From assembly GCA_009785095.1 (NCBI GenBank), contig WQXA01000001.1, positions 3,244 to 67,243 of the forward strand: 64,000 nucleotides of DNA. The letters are read 5' to 3'. The notes under the pieces are model-generated. The model worked only from the letters and a program-made list of their open reading frames with translations, had not been told where the DNA came from and made no database searches. Source of the DNA: Candidatus Saccharimonadota bacterium. Lineage in GTDB: Bacteria > Patescibacteriota > Saccharimonadia > Saccharimonadales > Saccharimonadaceae. Below, one piece after another: positions 26,929-38,300 of this stretch; positions within the stretch are counted from its first letter, which is position 1; every line of letters begins with the position of its first letter. The position numbers and the translations under genes are program-made.

Positions 26929-27501
26929 CTATTTGATCAGGGTCAATTTGACGCGTTTACTCATGACGAAGTAGAGCGAGACGAGGCCGGCGTAAATCAG
27001 CGCGCCGAGTATGACGCCGATCAATATGATGATACCGCCGGCGCCGATGCCGGAGCAGACTTCGTGGCTACCGTAATCGAGATAACCGTAGCTGTATTGT
27101 TGATAACAGTATTGCGCGAACATGCCAGTGATAGACATAATCACCGCATATAGAGCGGTTAGGCCAATCGAGATGAAAGCCAAAAGTCGCCCCAGTTTCT
27201 TTTGCATGGCAATGAACACCACGGTCAAAATGTAAGAAACGCAGATCAATAGTCCGAAGATCATCGTCTCGATGGCCAAAGCTCCATTCGTACCGCTCGG
27301 CAAACCGTCCTCGGCTATGCTAGCCAGAGCAAAAAAGAACACAAACAAAAAACTCACGCTATACATTCCGAAAACAATCAGCCAAAAAACTAGCAAGCCA
27401 CCCAGACCTCTGAGCGAATTCTCTTGTTGGATGTATTGCGCTTGAGGCAGATCGTCCGACCGCGATGCCTCTGATTTAGTTGATATTTTGTTGTCCATCA
27501 T
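26929..27501 (-). CDS. hypothetical polytopic membrane protein
   Basis: Four to five hydrophobic segments. RBS AAAGGAGGAA upstream of the ATG. Confidence 0.55.
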   Translation of the reverse strand: MMDNKISTKSEASRSDDLPQAQYIQQENSLRGLGGLLVFWLIVFGMYSVSFLFVFFFALASIAEDGLPSGTNGALAIETMIFGLLICVSYILTVVFIAMQKKLGRLLAFISIGLTALYAVIMSITGMFAQYCYQQYSYGYLDYGSHEVCSGIGAGGIIILIGVILGALIYAGLVSLYFVMSKRVKLTLIK

Positions 27502-27570
27502 TCCTCCTTTGGTTATATTTTTATTCTACCACGATTTTCGTTATAAATGAAAGTTAGCAATATTAAAATC

Positions 27571-27661
27571 TGGCGGAGACGGCGAGATTCGAACTCGCGA
27601 GAGCCTTTTGAGCCCTACTCGCTTTCCAAGCGAGCTCCTTCAACCACTCGGACACGTCTCC
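27571..27661 (-). tRNA. tRNA-Ser (anticodon GGA), class II with long variable arm, CCA encoded
   Basis: Folded by hand: acceptor GGAGACG/CGTCTCC, anticodon stem CTCGC/GCGAG with loop TTGGAAA, T-arm GCGAG-TTCGAAT-CTCGC. Confidence 0.9.
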
Positions 27662-27863
27662 AATTCCAATATTCTACCACGAAGCGAGAGAAGAAATAAA
27701 CTTGTTTCTTCCGAGCGAGTGTATGAATACAACGTAGTTATATTTTAACACAAGTTTAAGGGACAAGCTAAGCCCAACGGCCAAAGATTTCATTTCTTGT
27801 GGTAAAGTTAGCATTATAGAATATTGCTTGTGCTTAAAAAAGGGTGTATACTAAGAGTAAGTT

Positions 27864-30800
27864 ATGGTAGCAATTTCGCGTGCAATGAAAGAGTCGACAG
27901 ACAAGGGTTTTTCTGATAGCGGCAAAAACCGTCGCCGTCTAATGCTCATTACGCGCACCCTTGCCGCTCTTGGCGGTGGTTTCGTTATTATTTTCGGCCT
28001 GCTCTATCTTTTTCACTCAAAAGACACCACCCTGACTATGCCGGCATCCTTGCTAGATCGCCAAACTCTCGATGTCAAGCTCAACGTCTATTCTGCCGAC
28101 GGGGCTACCGATTTACTTTATTCACAAGATCTCACTGCGAGTGTGGTAAATGATGGAAGCCAAATAAAAGTAAATTGGCGAATACCAGCGGAATATACCA
28201 AGCGCGACACTCATGTCGAAGTGGTTAGCCGAGAACTTTTAGCAAAAGAGGAATCATATGACTCTTCCTGTGCATATTTCGTTCCTACGCGTTCCAGCGG
28301 CTTCATTTCTGATCTCGCCGGCTGGAACAGTTTGGACGAAAACCAACGCATTGGCTGTCTTGCGCCTAACGATCAATACACTAGTTTTCTCCAGGCCTAC
28401 AACGACATCAGCAAAACCCTTTACTCGGGTCTTTATTTTGACGGCGGCCAAGTCATCAACGCGCCAAACACTTCTGGCGACATTAATTTAACTGACATTA
28501 ATAATCTCATTAACCAAGCCATCAATGAGAAAGCCCTTGTTTTTGCTGGCCCCCAAGGCAGCCCTGGGCTGCGCGGCTCTCAAGGAACGCCAGGATCGCA
28601 AGGTGAGAAAGGTGAAAAGGGCAGTCCCGGTGACACTACCGTCGTCATAGATCCCGGCCTAGTTGGGGAGAAAGGCGCCAAAGGAGATACGGGCACCAAA
28701 GGTGACAAGGGCGACAAAGGCGATCCCGGCAGCGACGGCGTCATGGGTGTTACCGGCGGCGGGCTTATTCTCTATAATCATATACTTTCCCTCAAGTCAT
28801 GCCTGGATGGTGAGGTTCTTAAATATCAGGATGGCGTGTGGGATTGTGCTCCGGACATGGTAGGCACCAGCGGTATTAGTCTGACTTGTACCGAAGGAGA
28901 CATACTCAAATCTGTCGGTGGCGTGTGGTCTTGTGCTGCCGAGGGCACCGGTACGAGCACGGACACTACTTACCTTGCCGGCAATGGTTTAATCCTGGAC
29001 TCCGATACCAACACGTTTTCTATCAACGCCCTGGCCTGCCAGACCGATGAATATCTGACCTGGAACGGCACTCAGTTTTCTTGCGAGGCGGACGACGATA
29101 CCAATATTGACACCGACACCACATATGGCGCTAAACAATACGGTGGCCTCGTCCTGGACAGCAATAATGATTTTGCTCTCATGCTCTGCTCTGACGCTCA
29201 GGTGCTAAAATACTCCAGCGCCGCTTATAGCGGTCAAGGTGGGTGGATTTGCGCCGAAGACGCCGACACGACTTATGATCTGTCTGGCTATCTGCAAATC
29301 GCCAATCTCCAGGACGCCATCGATGCTCTCACGCCAGGCTATTACAACAAGGATCAAATTGACAGTATGTTCGATGATTTCACCAGCACGCTGCCTCTGA
29401 GTGGGCTAAAAGTTCCTCAGGTGGTAGCCCTGGAGTCGGAGCTCTCAGACGCCTCCTGCACCGAGGCCGGTGATTATTGGTTTGTGCAGGACATGGACGT
29501 TACAAAGCCAGACCACACTGGTCGCGCTTGGTGCTATGAAGACGGTGGTGGCACGCTTCACCTCTACAAAGTTTACGATGATTATTCCCACCCCGATAAC
29601 GTCAGTATTCTCTTTAATTCTGACGGCCAGCTCACAGTTTCCGAGAGTTGGTTAGATAGCTATCTTTCAAGTAAAGATTACGCTACGGAAGACTACGTAG
29701 ACAATGCTATAGCAGGTCTAGATTTTACGCCTTACGTCACTTGGACTGACGTGCCGCAGTGCTCGGCCGGATCATTCCTGACTAGCACGGCCAGCGGCGT
29801 GCTGTCTTGCGCCGCCGCCAGCACCACCGACACCACCTATACGGCCGGTGAAGGTATCACCATTGACCCAACCAGGGGTAATGCCATCAGCATCAACGCC
29901 CCGACTTGTACGGTTGGGCAATACCTCACCTGGAACGGCGCGTCGTTTTTGTGTCAGGACGATGCCGACACTGTTTTCTCTCTGCCTGATGGTACTGATG
30001 ATGGCGACATACTCATTTGGGATACTGCCACTAATTCTTGGGTGATCGGACAGCAAACCGGATCAGGTATTGATACGACCTACGCCGCCAAGGCTGGTGG
30101 TGGATTAAAACTAGAGGGCTCTGCTTCGCCCTATGAATTCTCGCTGATTGATTGTTCGGCTGGGCAGCTGCTGAAGTTCGTCTATAATCCTTCTACATTG
30201 GAAAACGAATGGCAATGCGCTGTGGATTTGCAAGGTGCCGACCAGGATCCTTATTTGGCCGGTACGGGCATCGTAATAGATTCTAGTAACTTCATCGGTA
30301 TCGACGCTACCGAGTGTCAAACTGGCGAATTCCTGACATGGACAGCCTCCGGCTTTGCCTGTCTGGATGCCAGCTCGAGCTTCACCGACAATGACGAGCA
30401 AGTTCTGACTTTTGACAACACCAACTGCAAACTCAGCATTAGCAACGGTAATACAATTTATTTGAATTGTGGCACGGAGTCGTGCCCGCCGGTCGGGGCG
30501 CTGCGCATCAACACTAATTTCTTTGATCCGATTGTCACCGATGTTAGTGGCGCCGTTTGGTACCGCATGGATGGTCAGACTATTTCGCCCAGCGACCAAG
30601 CTACTTATGCAGCTGGTTTTGCCGGTATTATCAATCCCGATGGCACCTTGCCGGTTCAGCAAAACTCTGACAGCCTTTACTTCTACCTCAAGGTTTTTGG
30701 CAATTGTGCGCCGATGGTCAATACCGACACGGTTTACGAGGAGGGCAAAGGTATCAGCTTTACCGACCTGGACGGCAATGGCATTCCGGAAATTAATCTA

Positions 30801-33800
30801 TTATATATAAGTGACAATGGCGATTTTATTTTCCAAAAAGGCATGCAAAATGGCAGCGAGACCGAATCATTGAGCGCCTTTGAAGTTCGCGACATGACGG
30901 CGAATAGTATTTTCCGTGTTGATACTTTGAATGGCCAAGTGCAGATGAAAGCCATCGAAGACGCCTACGGTAGCACTGGCGCCTACGGCCAAACTCTGCA
31001 GATAGATGTTTACGGCAACCTTAAATGGGACAGCAATATTTGTCGGGATGATATTAACGCACCGTTCACCAACATTCCTTCTCAGGCTGTCGCCATCTTA
31101 TCCACCAATGACCGCTTCTTGTTCACAGTAGCAACCACCGCCAGCGGTGACGTATCCACGCCGGACAATGTCACGACTTACCTTGCTGGACAGACCATTC
31201 CGGCCAACACCGAAGTGGTGGTCTTGACCGACAATACCGAAGTCTATCTGACCGGTGACATCGTGACCGACGGATCCTGGATTAGCCAAGTCAAATTCTG
31301 TGGTGACCCCAATACCAAAGAATTACCAGTCGGCACTCACGCTCGCCAAGCTCTAACTTGGGACGGATCCGAATGGGTGGCTGGCGAATACATCACCGTT
31401 AACGGCCAGGACGCGGAGGCTTTCAAAGTCAGCGCCGACATGAACGACGCCGACAAAACGGTCTTTAACGTCGATTCGGTCAACGGCGTTGTGACGGTCG
31501 GCACAGCCGCCAACCCGGCTGACTTGATTGTTAACGGCGATACTATATTAAACGGTGACACTTACTTCAACGCTCCACTCCATCTGGACGCGGATGCTTT
31601 GGTTTATGATTACACCGGCAGTTCTGGCGATGCCGGCGATTACCTGAGGATAGACGAGAACGGCCGCCCAGTTTGGCAACCCATTCACGGTGATTTCGGT
31701 GACATCGGCGATTACCATGCTGATACAGACGGGATAGCACATGGGCAAGTGATGGTGTTTGATGCAATCGAAGACAAGTTTGTGCCAATGTACCTAGGTA
31801 TAAACCCAGACCCGGATGATGTCTGTAATACTCAACAAAATTTCAGCATTGCCGATCCTGGTACTACCGTAGATATTTTGGTGAACAGGAATACTATACA
31901 GAACCGACCGTCAGTAGAAATATTAAAGAAAGTAGATAGTACGACCACCAGTACCAAAGTACGGCAGTTTAATACGGCCAATATCACTAACTTTACTAAC
32001 AGCGACAGCAATAAATACTTAGATTGGAATGCTAGCCGAGTGCAACCACAAACTACCTATAACTATACGCCAGCTGATCTAAACAAGGTAATAAGTACTA
32101 CCTCGATTGGCGATATAAAGCTTTATGAAACTACTATTGATACGGATCTAAAGACATTCGAGCAACTAACGACCGGCTACGACACTAGCAATGCTAATGT
32201 TGACCAATCCGGCTCTCTCTTAGGGCAGATCAAGAGCCAATTTGCTGGTATTTCGTCTGGTGCTGGTGGTGGCTATAACGTTGTTACTCAAAATAATACG
32301 AGCCTACCAATAGAAATCCTACACTTTTATGGTAATTATACTTATTCTACGACCGGGCAAGCTCTAGTTGCTGGTGACAATGGTTTTGTTGAAACCTCTG
32401 CCACCGACGGAGCGATGCTAGTTTTATGGTTCCATAATAACCTAACAGTCAATTCTGGTGCTACCCTAACACCAAAAGTCCGTCGCAAAGGTATGACCAT
32501 AATAGTTGATGGCAAACTGACCAATAATGGTACAATCTCTATGACTGCTAGAGGGGCTAGTGCAACTGGGCAAGATGTACAACTATTCAAGAATTCTGAC
32601 AGTACATTTGAGTTGGTGCCGGCGGTAGGGGCGACAGGCGGAGCAACTGCATATACGGGGTGTAGAGGGTGGGCTCGAGGTAATAACGGAAGTTCCATAG
32701 TGATTAACGCTCGCGGTACTGGTGGCGGAGGCGGTGGTGCTATTGGTCCATGGGATACCTGCGGTTCATCATCTGGCGGAGCTGGCGGAGCTGGCACATC
32801 GTATTCTGGCGGTGCTGGTGGTGGTACGACTATTACGGATCGTATCAACCTCGCTGGCGGCGTGGGCTCCTCGACCGGTGGAGCTGGTGGCGCTTCTGTG
32901 GCTGGACGCGGGAATGCCTCTTCGGGAACAAAGCTCGTTGGTGGCGGTGCTGGCAACCCAGCCGGAGCCAACGCCGCGCAAGGAGCTGCCGCATCGGGCT
33001 GGATTGCTGGTGACGGTACGGGTGGGCTACTTAACGTCTACACTGAACAGTTGGTTAACACCGGCTCCATCGTCTCAGGAGGGGTGATTGGTACTAGGCC
33101 GATAGGCTCGGCTAGCGAAGTTGGTGTTGGTGGATCGAGCGGAGGCGGTAGCGTCAATATATTTGCTGCTAGCTCTACCAACGGAGTAATAAACGCAGGA
33201 GGGGGAATAACGGCTGGATTCAATTCGGGAATGGGTGGTGGCGATGGTGGCGCAGGTAACGCCACAATAACGCCTACCGCAGTCACCTATTACCTCTTTA
33301 CAATCAACGGAGCAACATATTATTATAATGCTGGCATGGGCTTCGTGCCATTTCCGGGCAACCCGAGCAAGAATTCCCTGACTTTAAGCGACTTCTTAAC
33401 CTACGGAGATATTAGTGAGGACATTAATTACATTGCTCCCAACGACCTGGCTAATCTACTCCAAAACGGCACAATTTTAACCGCCACTAACGCTGGCGCA
33501 CAAGACTTTACAGTCAGAGGCGCTCCGCAACCCCAACTAATTGTTGATCGCGCACCAGTCAACCTCGGCATGATCGATACGCTAATATCTACTACTTTAG
33601 GCGGCATAATTTCTGGCAATGGCGTGGCCACGGTGGTGGTTTCTGCCAATAATGGCATGACTTGGTATACGACTCACGATTTGGGTGCTACTTGGGTACA
33701 AGTCAGTCCTCTGGATGTAACTACGGTATTAAACGAGGGTATACCAAAGGATGAATTCGATCAATTAGCTCAAACTCTCTTGTCGGTACCAGGATTCGAA

Positions 33801-34844
33801 GATACCGATCGTCTACGCTTTGCTTACGTTTTAGATATGCAGACTATATCGGATTCTGCTCAGATTCAATACCTAGAACTAAATTACCAATCTTGGTTCT
33901 CGTGGATCAAGTCCGAAAACGACATAGACAATGACATGAATGGCGACTATACATATACTTATACCTCGCCGACCACTTTACGGGTAACATTCCATAAAAC
34001 TGGTGATTTCAAGGTTAACGTTATCGGTGAGCTGTGCAACCCGTTAACTCTGGCTCAAATTCCCGAGGGCGAAAAAACCGGCCAGACCATCATGTGGGAT
34101 AACGATACGCAGAGTTGGGTGCTGGGTGTCGGTTCTATCGCCAACTATGATGCCGGCAAAGGCATCGCCATCGACAGTAATGGTAATATCAACCTGTTGT
34201 ACATAGACGATAACGGCAACTTTGTTTTCAAAAATCTCGGTGGTGACACCGCTAATGTCTTCCAGGTGATTAATGCTGCTAACGCTCCGCTCTTTACCGT
34301 TGATGCCGTTACGGGTAATGTGATAGTTGGCTCTGGCGACACTTCGGATTCTACTGCCGTGGCTCTCGTACTAGATTCTTCTACAGTTGCTCCGTCAAAC
34401 CCCAAGAACGGCATGCTCTATTACGACACTACGCTAAATAAATTCCGCTGTTACGAGAACGGCGCCTGGGTTGACTGTATCCAAGAAGCGCCGTTTAGCA
34501 CTCGCTACAACAATTGGATCGCCGGTATGGAATACGACTTTGGCGACGGCCTTTATGGTCAGCGCCTCACGGGCAATATCACTGCAACTTCTGGTCTGCT
34601 TTCGGATATTACACTTGGTATATCTAACGTAGCCAGCATCGTAGATTACGGCGGCAGCATCGGCTTGGGCACGGGGTCAACCAAGCGCGGAATCATTCCA
34701 TTCGGCACATCAGACGGCAACGTTTCGCTTGAATTCGATTCTTCCGATAAAAGTATCCACTTGCTTACTATGGTCAACAATGCCCGCGATGGCACAACTA
34801 ATTCTGATTACAACATATGGCTTAAATACACCAAGACGCCGTAG
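27864..34844 (+). CDS. giant (2326 aa) membrane-anchored surface protein with collagen-like, Cys-pair repeat, Gly-rich and tail-fibre-like segments
   Basis: N-terminal TM helix. Two G-X-Y runs (28549..28632 and 28665..28740). About nine modules of C-x3-[EQ]-x-L-x-[WYF]...[WF]-x-C, often preceded by DTTY. GGxGGxG-rich block around aa 1590-1790. C-terminal NGMLYYDTTLNKFRCYENGAWVDC. Putative promoter TTGCTT-17-TATACT at 27824..27852. Confidence 0.8.
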   Translation: MVAISRAMKESTDKGFSDSGKNRRRLMLITRTLAALGGGFVIIFGLLYLFHSKDTTLTMPASLLDRQTLDVKLNVYSADGATDLLYSQDLTASVVNDGSQIKVNWRIPAEYTKRDTHVEVVSRELLAKEESYDSSCAYFVPTRSSGFISDLAGWNSLDENQRIGCLAPNDQYTSFLQAYNDISKTLYSGLYFDGGQVINAPNTSGDINLTDINNLINQAINEKALVFAGPQGSPGLRGSQGTPGSQGEKGEKGSPGDTTVVIDPGLVGEKGAKGDTGTKGDKGDKGDPGSDGVMGVTGGGLILYNHILSLKSCLDGEVLKYQDGVWDCAPDMVGTSGISLTCTEGDILKSVGGVWSCAAEGTGTSTDTTYLAGNGLILDSDTNTFSINALACQTDEYLTWNGTQFSCEADDDTNIDTDTTYGAKQYGGLVLDSNNDFALMLCSDAQVLKYSSAAYSGQGGWICAEDADTTYDLSGYLQIANLQDAIDALTPGYYNKDQIDSMFDDFTSTLPLSGLKVPQVVALESELSDASCTEAGDYWFVQDMDVTKPDHTGRAWCYEDGGGTLHLYKVYDDYSHPDNVSILFNSDGQLTVSESWLDSYLSSKDYATEDYVDNAIAGLDFTPYVTWTDVPQCSAGSFLTSTASGVLSCAAASTTDTTYTAGEGITIDPTRGNAISINAPTCTVGQYLTWNGASFLCQDDADTVFSLPDGTDDGDILIWDTATNSWVIGQQTGSGIDTTYAAKAGGGLKLEGSASPYEFSLIDCSAGQLLKFVYNPSTLENEWQCAVDLQGADQDPYLAGTGIVIDSSNFIGIDATECQTGEFLTWTASGFACLDASSSFTDNDEQVLTFDNTNCKLSISNGNTIYLNCGTESCPPVGALRINTNFFDPIVTDVSGAVWYRMDGQTISPSDQATYAAGFAGIINPDGTLPVQQNSDSLYFYLKVFGNCAPMVNTDTVYEEGKGISFTDLDGNGIPEINLLYISDNGDFIFQKGMQNGSETESLSAFEVRDMTANSIFRVDTLNGQVQMKAIEDAYGSTGAYGQTLQIDVYGNLKWDSNICRDDINAPFTNIPSQAVAILSTNDRFLFTVATTASGDVSTPDNVTTYLAGQTIPANTEVVVLTDNTEVYLTGDIVTDGSWISQVKFCGDPNTKELPVGTHARQALTWDGSEWVAGEYITVNGQDAEAFKVSADMNDADKTVFNVDSVNGVVTVGTAANPADLIVNGDTILNGDTYFNAPLHLDADALVYDYTGSSGDAGDYLRIDENGRPVWQPIHGDFGDIGDYHADTDGIAHGQVMVFDAIEDKFVPMYLGINPDPDDVCNTQQNFSIADPGTTVDILVNRNTIQNRPSVEILKKVDSTTTSTKVRQFNTANITNFTNSDSNKYLDWNASRVQPQTTYNYTPADLNKVISTTSIGDIKLYETTIDTDLKTFEQLTTGYDTSNANVDQSGSLLGQIKSQFAGISSGAGGGYNVVTQNNTSLPIEILHFYGNYTYSTTGQALVAGDNGFVETSATDGAMLVLWFHNNLTVNSGATLTPKVRRKGMTIIVDGKLTNNGTISMTARGASATGQDVQLFKNSDSTFELVPAVGATGGATAYTGCRGWARGNNGSSIVINARGTGGGGGGAIGPWDTCGSSSGGAGGAGTSYSGGAGGGTTITDRINLAGGVGSSTGGAGGASVAGRGNASSGTKLVGGGAGNPAGANAAQGAAASGWIAGDGTGGLLNVYTEQLVNTGSIVSGGVIGTRPIGSASEVGVGGSSGGGSVNIFAASSTNGVINAGGGITAGFNSGMGGGDGGAGNATITPTAVTYYLFTINGATYYYNAGMGFVPFPGNPSKNSLTLSDFLTYGDISEDINYIAPNDLANLLQNGTILTATNAGAQDFTVRGAPQPQLIVDRAPVNLGMIDTLISTTLGGIISGNGVATVVVSANNGMTWYTTHDLGATWVQVSPLDVTTVLNEGIPKDEFDQLAQTLLSVPGFEDTDRLRFAYVLDMQTISDSAQIQYLELNYQSWFSWIKSENDIDNDMNGDYTYTYTSPTTLRVTFHKTGDFKVNVIGELCNPLTLAQIPEGEKTGQTIMWDNDTQSWVLGVGSIANYDAGKGIAIDSNGNINLLYIDDNGNFVFKNLGGDTANVFQVINAANAPLFTVDAVTGNVIVGSGDTSDSTAVALVLDSSTVAPSNPKNGMLYYDTTLNKFRCYENGAWVDCIQEAPFSTRYNNWIAGMEYDFGDGLYGQRLTGNITATSGLLSDITLGISNVASIVDYGGSIGLGTGSTKRGIIPFGTSDGNVSLEFDSSDKSIHLLTMVNNARDGTTNSDYNIWLKYTKTP

Positions 34845-34886
34845 TTGTGATAAAACGATTAAGTAAAGAAGGGGAGGAGACAGGGT

Positions 34887-35321
34887 ATGGAACGGGCAAA
34901 TGTAGAGAAAGAGGTGGGGTTTAAAACTCGCAAGGTGCGCAATAAGAAGGGTCGTTTTGTTGTTGGGGTAATCATGGCCGTCGTCATAGTTGCTCTGGGC
35001 GTGTTTGCTTGGTTCCAATTCAAAGAGATCAAACAACTTCGTGACCCTAGTTATGCTGCCGAACAGGCCACCACTGATGCCGCGAAGCTCAAAGACAAAG
35101 TCGCCAAACTCATAGAGTTGCCCGATGAGACCGCTACGGTTGCCACTGTCACGGACGCGGAGAAGCTAAAGGGACAGGACTTCTTCAAGAACACCGAAAA
35201 TGGCGACAAAGTCCTCATCTTTCCCGCTGCCAAAAAAGCTGTTATCTACCGCGAATCCGACAATAAAGTCATAAACGCCGGCCCAATCATCCTCAGCTCT
35301 TCTTCTGTTAATGAACAGTAA
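34887..35321 (+). CDS. hypothetical small membrane-anchored protein
   Basis: Strong RBS GGGGAGGAG and one TM helix. Confidence 0.55.
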   Translation: MERANVEKEVGFKTRKVRNKKGRFVVGVIMAVVIVALGVFAWFQFKEIKQLRDPSYAAEQATTDAAKLKDKVAKLIELPDETATVATVTDAEKLKGQDFFKNTENGDKVLIFPAAKKAVIYRESDNKVINAGPIILSSSSVNEQ

Positions 35322-35336
35322 TTAATTTGCGTTTTT

Positions 35337-38300
35337 TTATCGACGACGAGCCGTAAGCTTATCGTGATACTCTCGCGCATACCTAATCAGTTGCGGCGGA
35401 AGACCCACTTTCTCGGCAAAAGAAAGGGGATTTGATATTACTTTTTCACCATCAACAATAGTCCGCTCAATCTGATCGCCAGATTCGGTGAGGACAATAC
35501 CTTGCACGCCCAAATCTGAGGCTTCTTCTGCGAAATCCAAAAAACCGTCATGATGGGTTGTCACCACTAAACGATGGCCGCGCGCGGCATTAGCCGCTAA
35601 TGTTGCGGCTGCGAAAGCGGCCTGGTACTTCGGAGATGTTGAACTGCCAATTTCGTCGGCAAAAGTGATGGCTGTTCTTGCTCCGGAAATTATTCGATGG
35701 TGGTCAGCCCAAACATCAACCTCGTGTTGACCGGCACTAGCCTCAACGTCCATTTCTTGGGCGATCCTACTGATGTATGAAATCCGCTCAAAATAAGGTA
35801 GGTTTCCATAGCTGGCCGGTACGACCCCCATTTTCATAGCGAGTAAAATGGCGTTGGTGATGTGCCTCGTGCCATAGGTTTTGCCTGCTGAGTGCTCGCC
35901 GCTGAGGGTAACGCCAGCCTGATCGCTCCGGATGCTATAATCAAAAGGCTGGTGCCTACTGCCGTGCCCGATGTCTTTCACTGAGTCGAGCCGTACTTCG
36001 CCGGTATCATTGAATTTGGCCAGCGCGTACTCGCCGGACGAGACACGTTTAGCCAAATCACCAAGGTATAGCAATCTATCGATAGCCTCGGCTATCTCTC
36101 TCGGTTCTTCTTGCCAAAAAGGATTTTCCGGACGTTGTTTTTTAGTCAACGGTGAATAATCAGAATGCCAGGCATCTGTGCTATTCGAATCGTCGACCGT
36201 TTCACTAGGAGTCGCCGTGCGATTATTGACGAGGTTTTGTAAATGCAAGATACCTTGACGCATATGAACGGAGTCTATCTGATCGCGATGCTGTTCTAGG
36301 CGTTCGAGCGCATCCATTATAGTAGGCTCCGACTGCATGAGTTCAATCAATTTTCCAATACCCGAACCCATTTTAATCGATGTAGAGATCAGTTCCGAGT
36401 TCGGGTTCTCCTGCCGCTCGCTTTCTCCAGTAACGTAGGCATGTTGATTACTGTCAAAAGTTGTTTCTGGTTGTGCTAGAACTTCAAGGATCGGCTTTAG
36501 GTCATCTCTAAGCCAAAACTTTTCAAGGCTACTGCCTTTAAAATCAATTTTACGTATTGCTGTCGAAGCTAATCTCGCTGCCTGTCTCAATCTCTCCTGG
36601 ATCTTATCTGTGTGCTGTTTGTTGATACCCTTAAGAAAGTAATATTGGCGACGGTTCTGACTGTTGTCGTAAAGTTGCAATTCTTGCTCATGAGCTGATC
36701 GCAATTTGTCAATTTGAGAGCTGAGAAATGATAGGGAATCACGTAATTTAGTAAAGTCTCCGAAACCAAGTAGCTCCAACAGCTCTACATAGGCTAAGGC
36801 CTTCGCTGCGAGACTAATATCACGCACTATTGGATAGTATGATGCATCTCCATCGAGATTAAAATGACCATTTTTCGAAAGCGAGGGTGTTACCTCGTCC
36901 GTTATTTTATGACCAAAACCATGCTGAAAGTTAAACGCCCAGATAGGATTAAGCTGTTGTAGCAGAACCGATGGATCTTTATTTCCAACTATCTTCAAGA
37001 AAGTCTCAAGGTTGACACCGAGCAAATTGAGATCATCAACCAAATCATCCAGTTCTCCATAACCGGCCAGCACCTCGATCGTCCGCCGCCGTTCGATTAA
37101 TTCCCTAAACTCAACTGGGTCGCTATTACACAGCAACTGTCGCTGCTCCGAACTCATGCCACTCAGTAGATCAGAATCCTTGCTCAATGGTACATAGGCG
37201 GGGCTGTGTGGTGTCTCGGGGAACATATATGCTAGACCACCGTCGCGCTCCATCATCTCTTCGCGTTTCGTTTGGTCGTAACCACTTTCCGGAACAGCCG
37301 GATAGTCCGGCGTGTAGCTAATTTTGAGGCTGCCATCCAAATAGTCTTCCATTAGACCAGCATAGTCTTCACCGAGTCCTCTTGAGCGCACTACATCTAT
37401 AAAACCAGAATCAGCCACGCCTTCTACCATCTGATATGGGTTGTCAGGGTCGTTTGTAAAGCTATAAAGTCCTGCGTCTTTCAATTTTTTTAGCATGCTC
37501 GCAACATGCTCGTTATGGGTTGCTAAACACACTAATCCGCCGTTTTCCTGCACATAGCGAGCGAACGCCAAATTCAAGGCTGCTTGCCAAAGCGGCGACG
37601 TCGTGGACATCGCTTCATCGAGATAAAAAACAGGTTTCTTGCCTATGTGACGGAGCGCTTCTTTCCATCTACGAAACTCATTAACGAGTGCGCCATGGTT
37701 ACCTATGCCGCGAGAATTGCACCGGCCAAGCATAGTGAAGGACGTATGCAACTCAAATTCGTTTGGTTGTTCGGCCGGAACCCAACCAAGTGCTTGTCGT
37801 GCTATCCGCGCACCGAAATCACGCTCCATGGCGAATGTTTTACCCGATCCATTTGCAGCAACTAGGACAACTATTGAGTGCTCATTAAACAATCCTTTGC
37901 CAAGGGTTTGCTCACCTTTGGGCTTCTGAAATTTCCAAGCGCCGGAGATCTCCGAATCAGTATCGCCCGGGATTGCTGGATGCCATTCGTCCTCAGCTAT
38001 CATTGAGGCTAACGTTGTGACTACTACCAAATCTACCATTCGAGCGAGAACATTATCTGCCCAATTACTAGGATTGTGGTTAAAATGTCCGAAAGTATCT
38101 CCACCAGAGTAGTATCGATTATCAGGGCGACCATATCCAGGAAGCCACGATAGAAATCTATCGTAAGGGTAAGAACCAAATTGACATCTTGCTTGCTCGT
38201 CACTCATCCAGGTTCGAACTTGATCAACTGAATCTCGATTTAACAAATTTCTTATACAGTATTCTAGATACTTCATACTTACAGCACTTGGCTCAAAAGT

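Noticed and set aside
28549-28740. Periodic GGN-NNN-NNN sequence that could be taken for a DNA tandem repeat or CRISPR-like array.
   Set aside because: It is in-frame collagen-like G-X-Y coding sequence with no repeat/spacer structure. I saw no CRISPR array anywhere in the window.
32342-32971. 209-aa Pro/Ala-rich minus-strand ORF and neighbouring ORFs.
   Set aside because: This is the antisense reading of the GGN-rich (Gly-rich) segment of the giant protein gene, so it is a compositional artefact.
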